A DNA stretch of 64,000 nucleotides, the filler included, from Porpidia crustulata (Eukaryota), in NCBI GenBank assembly GCA_964255105.1. It is 5 parts of 5 records of this genome, joined end to end, with 100 filler letters (N's around TTAATTAATTAA, not from the genome) between each part and the next. Parts side by side here need not be neighbours in the genome. Positions count along the whole stretch, not along the records: positions 12,860 to 25,618 come from CAXUWE010000490.1; positions 25,719 to 38,471 come from CAXUWE010000491.1; 3 more parts are not named here. One strand, written 5' to 3'. This document shows positions 24,182-38,571 of this stretch, in pieces; the first letter of the stretch is position 1, and every line of letters starts with the position of its first letter. The notes under the pieces were generated by a model. That model had not been told where the DNA came from. It did no database searches and saw nothing but the letters and a program-made list of their open reading frames with translations. The position numbers and the translations under genes were made by a program.

Positions 24182-25103
24182 ATGGCTGCGAGGGCTCTCG
24201 CCCTCAAGGAAGAAGGAAATCAGTGCGTATCCCTAGCCTCATCGTGCTCCTTGAATCAGAAACTGTCAAACTGACAGGTCGACTCCTCCTAGCCACTTCC
24301 AAAATGGCCACTACAAAGAGGCCGAGAACCTCTACACCCGCGCCATCCAGCACAACCCCACCAACCCCAAACTCTTCACTAACCGGGCCATGACCCGCCT
24401 CAAACTATCCTCTCACGATGCTTGCATCGACGACTGTCTCGCCTCCATCTCCCTCGCCCCCAAGGACAATATGAAAGCCTTCTACCACCTCGCCCAAGCC
24501 CAGCTTGCCCTTCACCATCCTAACGAAGCCCACGTCTCTGCCCAAACCGCCTACGCCGAGTGCTTGCGCACCGCCAGCCCCAGCACCAGCGCCGTCAGCC
24601 AGCTAGTGCTGCAGACCAAGAAGGAAAAATGGCATGCCCGCGAGCGTGACCGCGTCCGGCGGCGCGCCCCGCTACTCGCCGAGCTCGAGGACGCCCTGCG
24701 CGCCTCCGCCGTCAAGGAACTCTCCCACCTGACCGCCCGCGCCGAATCCGGCTCTCTAGCGCCCCCCTCGTTCCTCTCGGAGCAGCTGGCCCTCGACACC
24801 GCAACGGCGCTCAAGATCAGCGAGCTGCACGCCGTTTTCTCCGCCGCAGACGCGGCCAACCGGCTGCGCGATGTGCCGGACCACTTGATTGACAGCATCT
24901 CGTTTAGCGTGATGCACGATCCTGTCGTCACGAAGACGGGGCAGAGCTACGATCGGTGCACGATTATGGAGCATTTACGGCACAGCGGGACGGATCCGTT
25001 GACGAGGGAGCCGTTGCGGATAGAGGACGTGCGCCCGAATATAGGGCTGAGGAGGGCGTGCGAGGAATTCTTGGAGGCGAACGGGTGGGCGGTGGATTGG
25101 TAA
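24182..25103 (+). CDS. TPR + U-box E3 ubiquitin ligase (CHIP/STUB1-like)
   Basis: ALALKEEGN, intron ~24224-24291, TPR motif LFTNRAMTRLKL, U-box VPDHLIDSISFSVMHDPVVTKTGQSYDR...DPLTREPL...NIGLRRACEEFLEANGWAVDW. Confidence 0.92.
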
Positions 25104-25618
25104 GTGGGATTTCTGGGCAGTGTTTTGGGGGAAAGAAGGAGGGGGGTGGAGGCATGGAGGCGATTTGGTATTTTCGACCACGACAAGTCTTGGTGGAGAA
25201 AAGGGGCATTGGGATGGCGTTGAGCACCCCGGAAATCACCGGAATCTGCCTACACCACATGACATCCTCCACCAAGAATCTGGGCGCCAGGAACAGACGG
25301 GAATGATATTATTTGTAGATACGATACCCCACATAATTTTATAACATACGCTGCTTTGGAACTCGTCGTCCCGTCGCTACGAACTCATTCTTCCGTCTTG
25401 GTGAGACTGCGGCCTTCTTTGATTCTTAAAAGGGGGACGGTCGAGGTGTCTATTCGATGGGAGGAATTATTCGAGAGGGCGGTTAAGGGGGTGTTGATGT
25501 TTTTGAGTGTGTGGAAATTGGAGGAGAGGAAAGTGGAAGGAAGAGTAGAGAAAGAAGGAAGAAGAGGAGAGACGAGAAAAGAGGAGATGAAATGAGAGAA
25601 GATAGAGGAGATGGAATG

Positions 25619-25718
25619 NNNNNNNNNNNNNNNNNNNNNNNNNNNNNNNNNNNNNNNNNNNNTTAATTAATTAANNNNNNNNNNNNNNNNNNNNNNNNNN
25701 NNNNNNNNNNNNNNNNNN
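25619..25718. other. Assembly spacer
   Basis: 100-bp N spacer with TTAATTAATTAA. Confidence 0.99.
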
Positions 25719-27546
25719 GAGGTGGAAGAGTTGGTGGAGTCTGGGTTGGTGGAGACGTTGGAGGCGACGGAGGAGACGAGGGAGAGGTCGACTGCGTTAC
25801 GGATCAGTCAGGGAAGTTGGTTTATAAGGTTGGAAGGGTTTTACTTTTCTCGGGCAGCATGTCGAGGTCGGGCTCGTCGTCGGGTTGTGTTTCAAAATCG
25901 GCGTAGTGGAGGTAGCGTCGGTTGTGAGATAATTTTGCATACCGATACGAAGATGGGACGGGACGTTTGAGATCCTGTTTTGTGACGGGGCCAGCTTCGG
26001 TCTTGTAGCCGATGCTGTTAGGGAACCAGGCCCCTTGCAGAAGGCAGCGAATCCGTTGCTCTTTGACAAATTGTAACGCTTCGTGGTTAAGCTCGTCGCG
26101 AACTTGGCGGAGGTGGTGGCCCCAGGTATCTTCGTAGGTCAGTTCGAACAGTTCCATCTGGAGCTGTCTTAACCGTTGATATTCAAATGCTTCGATTTCC
26201 TCTTCGACCTCGTTAACATCTTTGGTACGCGGTGCTGCACCTACGACAGCTTCGAGTAATATACGGACAAGCTCGACAACCTTGACGAAGTCTTCAAGCT
26301 CTGCGCCTGTAGCTTTCCAGAGGCGAAAAAAGGCTTGGAGACCGGCAATGTGTAGTCTTGACCATTGGAGGATTAATGGCTTGAAGACCTTCTCGAAGCT
26401 GGATCGTGATTCTAGTGCCAGATAGTTCTTCGCATCATCTACGTCAGACTTTTCTACCTCAAAATGCTCATAGAGCATGGTGGTCACTGCCAGGCTTGCT
26501 CTTGCAATGGGACATCTTTTCTCGGGTTGTCGTGCCGACTGTTCCAAGAGTAGCTTTTGAAAGCCGTCCTCGCGCTTCCGTACATAGTCTGTGAGATCCA
26601 TCATCCCAAGATATCCCGCCTCTTCAAATTCCCACGCTGGTGTCTCAGACTCGAAACCCAGACGTCTCCATTTTTCAGGGTTGTGGTACTTTTTCGGTCC
26701 CTCGCCATTCTCAGGGGTCTCCATTGGCTTTTCTGGATTGCTAGCTAGATGAATACTCTTCAAGGCACGTCGGTGGTCTGGTTTTTGAAGATCAACTACA
26801 ATATCTCTCCATTTCCTGAGAAGCAATTTCGACAAGGCTTGGAATTCCAGGAGCGGATGTGCCAAATCTTGCAACGCAGTGCTCTGCAGTAAGGTGTATA
26901 CAGCTTGAATGACGCCTAGATCTTGCAGCCTTTTGATAAACTTGGGCCATTCCGATTTCGAGTCATTGGTGATTGCATCTCTCATCAATGAATTGATCAA
27001 TTGCAGAGCATTGGCGCACAAGGCATGATCGGCGGAAGAAAGTCTACTAACAAGCATCTCGAGAAATTGAGGGTAAACGGCAATGGCTGGTTTCAAGGCT
27101 CGAAAACCAAATGAGTCTGGTTGAGACGTCTTGCTGGCTGATGTATGCGGATGAGAGACAATGGCTACGAGGATAGACATGGCACCACGTAGAATATTGA
27201 CTAGAGGATGGGTAACAACCAACTCGACAACCTGCACAGCCTTCAGCATCAGTTTTGAAGATCAAACCAGTAATCTCACCCTTTCTACCAAGTCCTGGTT
27301 GATATACTCCCATCCCTTGTCTACCTCCAGCAGACGCGAAAAGGATGTCAGGCTGTAAGCAAGCGTATTCCCACTCGCCTGGAGTGTCAGGTATCGTAGT
27401 TTGGTCAAACCACCTTCTTGAATGAATATGTCTGCGAACGACGGGTCACCAATATTCGACTGCAGCTTGAACACTGCCATCTTACGCACCGCATCTTCAT
27501 CGCTACCCAATCGTTCAACCAGCTCCGAAACATTAAGGTTTTCCAT
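25719..27546 (-). CDS. ELMO/CED-12 family protein, 3' end truncated at contig edge
   Basis: N-terminus DAVRKMAVFKLQSNIGDPSFAD; ELMO domain KWRRLGFESETP...GYLGMMDL...CPIARAS; PH-like EQRIRCLLQGAWF...KLSHNRRYLHYADF. Confidence 0.92.
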
Positions 27547-30500
27547 GGCGATTGAAAGTCCTCAACCATATCTTTCACAGAAGCTATCGAGACGTATGGG
27601 CTGCAGCTTCATGATGAGTGGGTAGAGAGAGCCACGAGGTTTGCATTTGATGTTATGGGAATGCCTAAATTGGGCAACTTGCTCTGTTTGGGTTAGCTTG
27701 GCTTCGGGCGCTGAATCCTACTCTACTCGTTTCCACCCCTCATCGGTCCACTAAACCTAGGGTTAGGGCTATATTTCTCATCTTCCGCCGCCCACACGGT
27801 TACCCTCCAGTTTAAGATCGATGCTCAGAAGGAACGAGATGGTGCTCTCAGCATCAGACTATTATGAATAGGAACTTCGAGTAACGAAAACCTGGACTTG
27901 TAGTGAGATCGGATTACATCTGATCATGCAATCTCAAAGGTCGGCCACTACGAATCTATCTACTCTCCATCTCATACTGAAACAACACGGATCCCCATTC
28001 CCGTCACTTAGCATAAAGCATAGATTATCCGGGTGTAACACATAAGCCCCTCTCAAGTGGGATGAATTCTCCGAAGTGGGCTCGGTCTAGCCGGTTCTAT
28101 TAACAGTTGCATCGTCCTAGGACCGTTGGTGAGACCGATTTCCAGGTGCACGTTCAACAGTTCTAGGCTGTGATTGCGTGCTTGACAGCGTTGTGCTTGT
28201 AGATCAACAGGCATGTCATGCACTTCATATGTGCATATCACCGTGTTATCTTATCAGACAACACCCACTCGTTAGGACGGAAGCCTGCTTTATCCAAGCG
28301 AACCGGACCAATGACCATCTGGGCATGTTGTGTAACAATCGTCCCGCCAACGAGGGTGTAGTGTGCGCCACGACAAAACGGCTGCACAGCTTAACGCATG
28401 GGAAGGCCGTGTATCGACGCAGGGTCTGCTGGACGCGCAACATCCACAATCCGTCGGAACTATTATCACTTATCAACAACGCATATCCACATGAGTGGTA
28501 AGAATATACAATGCTGTACATAAAAGCTCAACCCCCATCATCATTTGCGTGGATGAAATATATCGTTCATTAGCTTAGGCTACTATGCCCAGTTCAAACC
28601 GTCCAGCCGCAAGCGTTGGATTGCCATCGTACTTATCAATTAGCATTGCCGCCAAATGCAGGCGATCGCACCGATTGCGAAGACACCGTCGATGCGTCTC
28701 TGCTCCAGTCTGGTGCAAATCGTGAGTGTGGCAGCGACTGTCGAACGCCTACTGAATTGGGCTCGGCCGTGCGAGGAAGACGCTTTCATCAATTTGCGAG
28801 AGGGTTGTCTGGCAAGCGACCATGCCCTGCATGTTCGACATAACTTCTACACACTGCGGTGCTCTCTCTGTGACACCAAAGCTCCTCGTCGCCTTCTGCC
28901 AAGGCCCTGTGGCTGGAGTAACGAGTTCAAATTTTATCGAGGGATTCGAGGCCATTGAGGGTTGCGACCGCCGAGTCTACGACAAGTATTGTCCCAAGCT
29001 GAGGCTTTGCTAACTACATGAGGCTCCACACACTTTGTTTTTCATAAGCTGTACTGCCAACCCATATCAGACTCTAATGATCCTGCATTTGACGGCTTTG
29101 GATTGTAGGTAGCCTTGGACTGTAGGTCTTCCGGCCCGTTCTCTTCTACGCTCCTGCAGTCTGGTTTGTTTCTTTCTGGCTTGTGGAACCAGCGATACGC
29201 GGCAGCCAACAATAAGGTAATTGGAGATGTAGATGGATACCATGGAAGTGTAATGTGCGGAGAAGCTGAGGGCTGATAAGCTATCATGGCTAAGAGAACG
29301 AAATGGAAGAACGCGGGGATACAAAACGATGGAATCCTCAAATACAAGGATAAGATGATAAGCCACTAGAGAGCAAAGATAAGGCGGATAAAGAATATGT
29401 TTCTGCTAGAAGCGAAAGGAAAGCCTCCGGCACACTAAGGCATAGGCATGTAGCAGGGGGGTACCATATACCTTGATACCTTGCTGCCTCACTATGAACG
29501 TTAATGCACTCTGCCGAAGGTACTTCTTGACTCCCTAATCCCTGAGGTGCTTCTTGCTTGTACTTGCGTGCGTACGCCACAAATAAGTTGCAGGTCTGTG
29601 CGTTGGAAGAGACTGCCAGATCCAGTGATCTTCCAGAAGTGCATCTACTTGAATTACCCAGTAGCATACAATAATCGTGAAGGAAAGTGCTCAATTTGGA
29701 AAATTGATAACCTGAAAGCTTAATAGCAGTAACATAGGTACCTTACGTGCTGACCTTGGTGTTATTCGCTGTTGCTCATGACGGCCTGTAGGAGCAACGG
29801 TTTTGGTGGCTGGCGGTTAGGTACATTATAAGTAGCCAACATGCCACTCTAAGTAGCTAACCTTACCTTGCGGGAAGCGGAGATATTCTTACTCGCCTCC
29901 TCGCGCATTTTCACGTCTCAATTAACGTCGGATTGATCAGACATTGCATCGACGGGGGAGGCTTTTCAAACCGTAGCGGGTGGGGGGAAGTGGGATGAAA
30001 TGTAAGCTGCATTCATGAGACTCGGACAATTTGCCGGTGTCTGAGTCTCTTGAAGACGTTCTCTAGCCGCAGCGAGTCATCGAAGAAACCCTGTGAAAAC
30101 AGTTCAAGTGCGCCGGATATCCCCAATGCCTACACGAGTCACAATCGATCAAATACGCAACTGACTGCGATCTTGATCATATGTAACATGGTCGACTCTG
30201 GAGGAATCCTTCGATTGAATCGGTTGATCTCTGGGTTGAACGAACGCTGGCGATCGAATCAGAGTGTGTGCTACTTGCATCGGTACGCGCTAGGTTGATC
30301 CAGGAGGACAGACGAGGAGTTGCTCCACCCTTCTCAGTTTTCACTACTCCCAGGCCGTTGAGGCGCTGCCGATGCCCTGCATTTCCTCTAGCATCAGGGG
30401 GCATGGTTTGAGCTCTTCTTTTAATCTATCATCGTGATGTAGTGTATGCGGGAGCAAAGTTTCGACTCCTCTTTACCTGCGGATATTTTCCTCGTGAATA

Positions 30501-31736
30501 TCGCAATCGCAAGATTCAACATCCTAGCAACTCTGGTTGTTTGTGGATAGCATGAAAGTACTATTTGGTACCTTGTTTACTTAAGATAATTGGAGACTCG
30601 CACTAAGAGCGCAGAGGCGATTAGTAAGCGCCACTGGTAGCATAAGCGAAACCGCTTCGAGCTTAAGGCTACAGGTAGTTGTGCAGCAAGCCAGGGTGCC
30701 TGCCAGGATGGCAGCATCAATTCTGCATGAAAGCCCCGCCCCCGCCCTTCAAGCTCCACCGCCCGGCATACATTCCCTGGCACTCTGCAATCCGTCCGCA
30801 GTGAGAGGCACAGGGGATCAATCCATGAAGGAAAACATCTTGCCGCTGGCACCGTTTGTTGATATGATTATTAACAGTAGTATGAAAGTAAGGTCTCTAA
30901 GCCTGTAGAATGGCCTTGCGGTCGTCTTGGCGTCGGACTGGCACGAATTGGCGGAGTACACTGGTAGTGGCGTCGTGTTGGCCTGGGAGGAAAAAGTTTG
31001 TAAGGCCCCAACAGAGGCCCACGTTCAATTTAGTATCGCCATTCGTGGTCTGATGAAGTCTGAAGAAACATATTGCAACATCGATGGCTTGCAGATACAT
31101 GACCAAAAGCACTGGATACCTACTTGTTCGTAGCTACAAACCACTTTGTGGGTTTGGCATCTGAAAGCGCCTAATTTGAATACCTACTCTGCAAGACGCT
31201 ACCTACCCCACACACTTCCTGATAAGACCAATGATCCTCCTCCCAACAGGCTAATTACTTGCTTCCCCGAAAATTTATTCGCCGTGCCTGGAGATCAACA
31301 TTGATATTAGTCGTGTATGTGTGTGTGTGGGTGGGTGGCAGATTCAGTCGTTTGTCAAGTCATATCAATATTCACCATCAAGGGACCCCATCAATCACCA
31401 CGAAATACGTCGATTGCCATAGTAGGACATTTGTACCTACACTCAACCACCCGTTCGTTAGTTTCATCTCTCAGCGCCTTGGTCTTTTGATTACGGACCG
31501 CCCAAGGACGGAAAAGTTGCTACGCCTCAGACAATCCTCAAACCTCCGGTAGACTTGAGTCAATCACCCTCACCAAGGTTAATTGCTCCAATTCGCCATC
31601 GATGATTCCTCCGTTAGACTCGCTTCACTGCTCACGATCTACCCGCGGTTGGCTTGGGGGAGGAGGGGGCAACTGAGGGCCGTGATCGGTCGGTGCATTC
31701 GCCTTCCTTCCCTTGAATTTGGCAATCTCTTGCACC

Positions 31737-33526
31737 ATGACGGAAGTACTGTCGATACAAACCCAGACAGACGGGCCCTCGCATTTTGGAAATAATCCTC
31801 TACGTCGTTCGTCATCTCAGACATCCTTTCTGCTGCAAAACCCCTCCTCCTACCATAAAACCTCATCTCCCATTGTCAAATCAAAATACACGAGCGCAGG
31901 TTACGACAGCCGCCCTTCTGTATCCCTCCCCTCGTCTGCACCCTCATCTCCACGCCTAGCTCAACCGGATTTTTCGAATCAGCCATCATACACGTCCACC
32001 CCGTCAAGTAGTCTGTCACTGGATGAACAATGCGAAGAGCAGGACGAAGATATCGAGTTTCCTTCTTACAATGATAAAGAATACTACGAGGGTCATAATG
32101 ACGTCGAATTCCCTTCGAGCGCCGAGCCGAGAGTGGTGGGACCCGTACCACGATCTGCGAGTGATAGTGCAATTCACGACTCCTCGAGCAACGACGTCCC
32201 CAAGGTCACACCCACCGCTGGAGATGATTCGTCGATCAAAAGCGAACCTACAAGGCATGTCGACTACTTGTCACACAATTGGAAAGAGGAGGACATATGG
32301 TCATCGTGGAGGCATATTGTTGCAAAGCGGAAAGTCTACAGCAATGGTCCAAGGCTCGAAAATGCATCCTGGAGGACTTGGGGCAAGTCAAAATACCGAC
32401 TGAAGACGGTCTCGCCCGAGGCACTGAATTGGTAAGTTCGATGTACTCGAAGGTGTCTCAAAACATTGTTCTGCGAGATCTGACATGCAATAGGTTGAAG
32501 GACCATGATGTGACTTGGCTCTACGGTCCCCTTCAGACAGGCACCGCCAAGCCTCTGGATTTTGATTCAGCACCTCCAGCAAGCCAGCTTTCACGGAGCA
32601 ACTCGTTTGGCTCCAAAAAACCCATCCTTAAAAAGCGAAGTCTATCGGAGATCATGCTACAGCGGTCTCTCTCGTCTTCAACCCTAATGAAGCAAGCTAC
32701 CGATTCTCTCCGAGCGCAGCAGCCTGAGAAACGATTACGAGAACGACCGATACTGGGCAGCCTAATCCTACCCGATTCCGTGACTTCTTCCAACCCGGAA
32801 TCACCCGGTAGGGCATCCATTCCACCGACCATTCTTTCTTCCGCATCCGTTTCAGGTAGGCAAACACCTTGCACCAAACGCCATATTCATTTCAACAATA
32901 AGGTCGAACAATGTATTGCTATAAATAAAGGAGGAGACGAACACGAGGATTACTACAGCGCCATCCATGACGACTCCACCTCGGACGATGACTTACTCAC
33001 AATGAAGCCGATTCAGACCACCAGAGCCCGGATCAGTAATCGAGCAACGCCACGCAATAGCTTCAGTGGTGATAGTAAAACCATTGCAATGTTGCCGTCC
33101 ACGACTTTGAATTACCGGGGCGACACTCCCGAACCGGTAGAACCAAAAGCCAGGCAGCAAGGATATCTATGGAACCTAGGCTCGAAGCTCACTGGGTCGC
33201 CTTCGCAAGAGACTCTCAAACGTACCGTACCCTCTGCGAATTTTCTTCTCGACGAGGATGACGATGCCGACATGACTTGGCAGCCATCCGCTTCAGGTGG
33301 TAGAAGGGACAGCATCTTCCTTATGCGTGGTCCCAAAGAGGAAGAAGACGATGATGAACAACGACAGCGAAACGGGCTACGACGAACGCCATCGGGTATG
33401 TTTATGCCATACGAAGAAGATGAGGACGACCTTAATCCCTCTGGATTGTTCGGCAAGGTTATTGACACTGTCAATACCGCAAAGGACATTGCCCATGTCA
33501 TATGGAACGTTGGATGGCGAAGATGA
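31737..33526 (+). CDS. REG1: Protein phosphatase 1 regulatory subunit Reg1-like (resistance to glucose repression), 2 exons
   Basis: EPTRHVDYLSHNWKEEDIWSSW, RLENASWRTW, VSPEALNW/LKDHDVTWLYGP, KPILKKRS, PP1-binding RHIHFNNKVEQCIA and VDTVNTAKDIAHVIWNVGW-like C-terminus. Intron 32432-32493. Confidence 0.9.
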
Positions 33527-34368
33527 TCGACTGCGACTGAATACCAATTTGGCGCACGGAGGCTTCCTGTTCATAATCGATACCCATATCAGCCACGCTC
33601 GGGAATGACATACATACGATAATTTTCCCCGAGATATTGACATATGCTCGGTTCTCAGGCGTTTAGCGACTTACCAAAAGCACTTGCACACTTGTGCAGG
33701 TGCATATTTTCAATGTCCATATTTAGGAGTTGCTACATAGATTTCCTTACTTACGGGCTCCGTAGGCATAATTGCGTGCGGACGGGTTTTTGGCGGCTCG
33801 AACAATCGAGAGCAGTTCGCCTTTACCGTGTATCTAAGGCTTTCGGTACATAGGATGATATGGATTGTTCAACCTGATTATGATGGATCTAAAATCATCC
33901 CATTCCTTCTTAAATTGAATACATGCATTAAGTACCTTAGTACCGAAGGTACCTACACGTGCTACGTCATAATGTTTGAGCTAGTGATAGCGAGATCTAA
34001 GGTTATCTTATCCGGACGATTAGATTTAGAGTAATAGATTAGATCTCTTGGCATTGCTAATTGACCTCAGTGACCGTCTCCCGCCTCTTTCGAAGGTTTG
34101 GTTCGCCTTCAGGATACTGTATTGTAGGTTGTTAAAAATCTTAATTATTGAGCCTTCGCACTACATCAAATCATCTCTTGTTGTGAAAAGATCTGCTGGC
34201 TGCGAGGTTCCCTATTTGTGCATTGAATTTCACCAATCGACTCACCGCTCAACGCTTCACGCATCGTACAACCGTCATGCACACACAGCACCAAGTACCG
34301 GTCGTTCTCTGATTTTTTTTGAACGGCCATACAAGGCGGACGATCCTACCTCTTGCAAGTCGAAGCTG

Positions 34369-35436
34369 ATGACCGGAACTTTGGAAAACATTACATCCCT
34401 CGAAGATGGCAATGACTGGTATCAGTCCCGATCGAAAACGGAGGCCAAAGATGATCACGGAGTAGAAGCTTTGAAAGACATTACCTTCGGATCTGTGAGT
34501 TGAGTAGTTCTTATAAGGTTCTATGAGAGACGGGTCTAAACAAATTCTCTATAGATAGCTGGCATTACAGGCAAGATTATTGAATACCCATTTGACACGG
34601 TCAAAGTTCGCCTGCAATCCCAGCCCGACCATAGTCCCCTACGCTATACTGGTCCCCTCGACTGCTTCAAAAAGTCTCTGCATACTGGGGGGGTTGCGGG
34701 TCTTTACCGAGGTATCAGTGCGCCACTCGTCGGTGCAGCTATTGAAACAAGCAGTCTCTTCTTCAGCTACCGTATCGCTCAAGATGCGCTCCAGGCTACC
34801 CTTCTCAAACCTTTACAGGGCGACACTCTTCCTTTGAGTGCACTTATTGCTTGTGGTGCGGCCAGCGGGGCTTTTACAAGTCTTCTGCTTACCCCCATTG
34901 AACTCATAAAATGCCAGATGCAAGTGCCACTCACAACGTCAGCTTCTCGTGGCCGGGGGCCTCTCTCTGTTATTACTTCCATTTTTCGGTACAATGGCCT
35001 CTTTGGCTTTTGGCATGGCCAACTAGGTACCCTCATTCGGGAAACGGGCGGCTCAGCTGCCTGGTTTGGCAGTTATGAGGGCATCTCGGCCCTGTTCCGA
35101 AGGTACGACGCCCCCTTAGGCTCCCGGGCTTCTACCACAAAGAGTTCAACGGTCCTTCCGATGTGGCAGCAAATGCTTGCAGGTGCCACCGCAGGTGTGA
35201 GCTACAACTTCGTTTTCTTCCCTGCTGATACCATAAAATCGCGTATGCAGACCGAGAGTCTCGGCTCCCATAAGCTAGGGGCAAGAACGGAATTCTGGGG
35301 GAGTGGACTTGCGCTGTGGAGACAGCAAGGACTACAGGGGCTTTATAGGGGTTGTGGAATCACTGTTGCACGTGCAGCGCCAAGTTCGGCCTTGATATTT
35401 GCAATATATGAGGGTTTGAGGGGTTGGTTCGACTGA
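34369..35436 (+). CDS. Mitochondrial carrier, ornithine/basic amino-acid type (Ort1/Arg-13-like)
   Basis: ALKDITFGS, intron 34495-34553, then three PxD/ExxK signatures ([33 protein letters not shown]) and [10 protein letters not shown]. Confidence 0.9.
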
Positions 35437-35658
35437 GAGGGAGGTATGGTCTCGGATTTGTATCACATTGCCAGAGATCTTGATAAAAATTAAATGCATA
35501 CTGCATAGGAAAGATTAAGACGGTTTTAGGTTTAACCACAATGTTTCCGTAGTTTCCTTTTCCAATGAATAATTTCGATATTTAGTCCCATCCACATTTC
35601 GCTGTTCACCGCAACAATCTTACCAAAATTGACTCATCTACCACAACCCTTATCCAAG

Positions 35659-36820
35659 ATGTCGCGCCCAACTACTCCCTCTCTCCAAACCTCAACTTCC
35701 TACCCCCTACCTCTTAATACCTCCGCCAGCCCCGGACGCTCCACCACTGCCCCGGTAAAGCCAAAACACCATATCCCCCACCATCCCCACCGGCATCACC
35801 ATCACCACCATTCTCGAGACAAAAGCATTCCGCAATCCGCCATTCAACTCACCACAAAACCCTTCAGTCAAATCCTCAGTCCCATCATCAGCACTGCCGC
35901 CAGTAAAAGCGATGGCCCCAACGAGAGCCGCTCGCAGCACAGTCGAAGTTCGAGCGCCATGGCGCAGGAAGCTAGGGTGAGGAAAGAGGAAGAGGAGAAG
36001 AGGAGGAGAAAAGTGTGGAAGTCGGTGGAGAGAAAAAGAGAGGGGAGGGAAAGGGTGGATGGGTATGTATAGGACGTCCCACGTAGACCATAGTCGTTGA
36101 TCTACTTCCTCTATTCTGGTGATACAGACTAATTTGATTTGCAGAGACCTTCGCCAGACCCTCTCAGTTCTATCCACGCTCTCTACCACTACGACCCGCC
36201 GTCTAGACTACACATATTACGCCCTCCTCTCGCACCTGTCAGCCCTCGCAGCCACTATCTCCGACCTCCGCAACCTTTCGTCCAGTACCTCTGTCCACCA
36301 ACAAACCTTCGCCACGGAATCGAAAGAAATATCCCATGAGATCAGCCATCAGATCTCCGCCTTTGAAGACTTCGAAGCGCAGAGCCAACGCATCAAGGCA
36401 CTCCAGAAGCGTATGCACAGTGGGAAACAGTATGTCGAGGCTCTAGGCGCTCGCTTGGAGCGGGTGAAAAGTAAAGTGGAGGGGTACGAGCGGACGGAAG
36501 AAGAGTGGAGGGATCGAGTAAGTAGGAGGCTGCGGATGCTGTGGGGTTGCATCGGGACAATCCTGTGCCTGTTTGTGGTGTTTGTGATTATACGGCATTG
36601 GCCGAAAGCGCGGGACGGAGTGCTGCCACCGGTGGCGAGATTCGGCAACCTAACGATTGGGGGCTTGGTTGGTGGAGATGCTGTACTGCCAGCTCTTGAC
36701 AGCATGGCTCTGGGCAGGAAGGAGTATAGGGAAAGGGGGAATGGTGGGACGGAGTCGGCTAGGGGGCAGGGAGGAGATGTGAATGACCATCCGGTGATGA
36801 GGCTTTTGGACGAGCTGTGA
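35659..36820 (+). CDS. Hypothetical coiled-coil protein with His-rich N-terminus and a C-terminal TM segment, 2 exons
   Basis: ORFs 35629..36072 and 36119..36820 join via a GTATGT..GCAG intron (~36062-36144). Contains TTRRLDYTYYALL, a coiled coil and TM segment MLWGCIGTILCLFVVFVII. Confidence 0.75.
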
Positions 36821-38471
36821 ACGCTACCAAAAGACATCAAGTTTTTGGTATCAAACCGGTAGTTCGATCGTGTGGAAGGGATCCCGGTGTCCAGTAGGTT
36901 ATCCAGTCACAGTCTTGAAAGATCCTTTGCACACTTACTGGACACTTCACCCAGGCTCGTTCTTTACCCTTTCTAAGAAGGTTGCTCATTCGTGTAAGCT
37001 GTCACAATCTTGCCAGCACGAACAGCAATCTACCGCTCCTCCATCTCTACTATCTTCTTATCAGATTATCTTTCCACTCATGACTTGCCGTGCGCATAGC
37101 AAGTATACCTTCACTATCACATTCCATTTTTACAGCTTCACATGCTCATGATATTTCTTGACCTCCTACGTTCATTCATCCACTCACTGTCATCCCAATC
37201 CTCTCATTTCGAATACCCGCTGAACAGCACCTTCTCCCATAGTTGGCATTTCTTTCATGCCACACCACGGCGGAATACATTATGTTCGACGGCCGCAGGA
37301 AACGATACGGCCAGGGCAAAGTCAGACTTCTGTGGGCGGGAAGTTTTGGAAACAGACTGATATTCCTTCCAGGCCAGATGATCAAAATAGCCTTCGAGGG
37401 AAGAAACTTAATGACATTGCAAAATTAGCTCTAGATATCTATCACAAACCCAGCCGCGAGCCCAGCCAAGAAACCCACCCGAGCTTCCGCAATCGCAGAC
37501 ACTGCCACAATCGCCGTCAAAGTTATCTCTATCGGCCAATTTGGTTTGTTCAAAGACGAGGGCGTGGGCGCGTCAGGTTGGTCGAAATAGCTTCGATGGG
37601 AATGCTTGTTGCGTTTACGAGTTTAGGGGGGCGATGAGAGAACTTTCAAGGTTATTATGTCGACATATCGATGTCGGAAACGTCCATATTTGCCATCAAC
37701 TCAGTCTATATCAGCCCATTCCGCGGTCGCCTGCCTTCAACAACAATATCGTCGGAAAACAGGATCCACCAAAATAAATGCTGACCGGAATTTTGACCTA
37801 GGTCAGGATGGGAAACGATGATTCCATAAAGAGAGTTCCTACACGACACCTGTCTTGGTATCTCGTCTGTGATGACATCGTTGGGATTGAACCCATTTGA
37901 TCTCGAGTAGCTTTCTAACGGGGTGTGGGAATTTTCGGGAAAGGGGTTTGAGCTAGATATAAAGGCGTGGATTTTGGGGATACGATGTTACTGAATTGAG
38001 AAAAAGGAATTTTATGTCGTTTGATGTGAAAGCTCTGGTGTTTGGTGTCCGTTTTTAAAACGGTAATGATGGACTTCGTGTTGGCGAAATGGGGGAGGTT
38101 ATTTTGATCCTCCAGAGCAGGGGATTTGTTTATATCGGTTAGGCTGGGTTCGGAAAGATTTCACAATGGCAAACAACACTCCATCCTCAACAACCTACAG
38201 AACCTCCCCTACCTCGACTTCCCTTTCTCCTTTTTCACCAACTACCGTTATAGCAGCCGCTGGCCACCGGCCACCATCCGCGAGAAAACCCGCTTCTTGC
38301 TAAGGCCGTCTGACTTGACTGAATGATGCTGTGGCCCAGCGCCGCCGCCGAAAAGGAACATTGCGTTCATCGCCGCCACGGTCTCCTCACGCGCTTGCTG
38401 CGAGCGTATAAGCCAGCCATGGGCCGAAGTTGGCGCGAAGGGGCTTGACGTTTTGTTTGCATGGGCAGGTG

Positions 38472-38571
38472 NNNNNNNNNNNNNNNNNNNNNNNNNNNNN
38501 NNNNNNNNNNNNNNNTTAATTAATTAANNNNNNNNNNNNNNNNNNNNNNNNNNNNNNNNNNNNNNNNNNNN
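38472..38571. other. Assembly spacer
   Basis: 100-bp N spacer with TTAATTAATTAA. Confidence 0.99.

Noticed and set aside
27700..31700. Many 60-118-aa ORFs in the ELMO-REG1 divergent interval
   Set aside because: No recognisable motifs or consistent exon chain; treated as intergenic, though a small or decayed gene cannot be excluded without a search.
37142..37900. Cluster of short plus-strand ORFs
   Set aside because: No coherent spliced model or known motif could be built.
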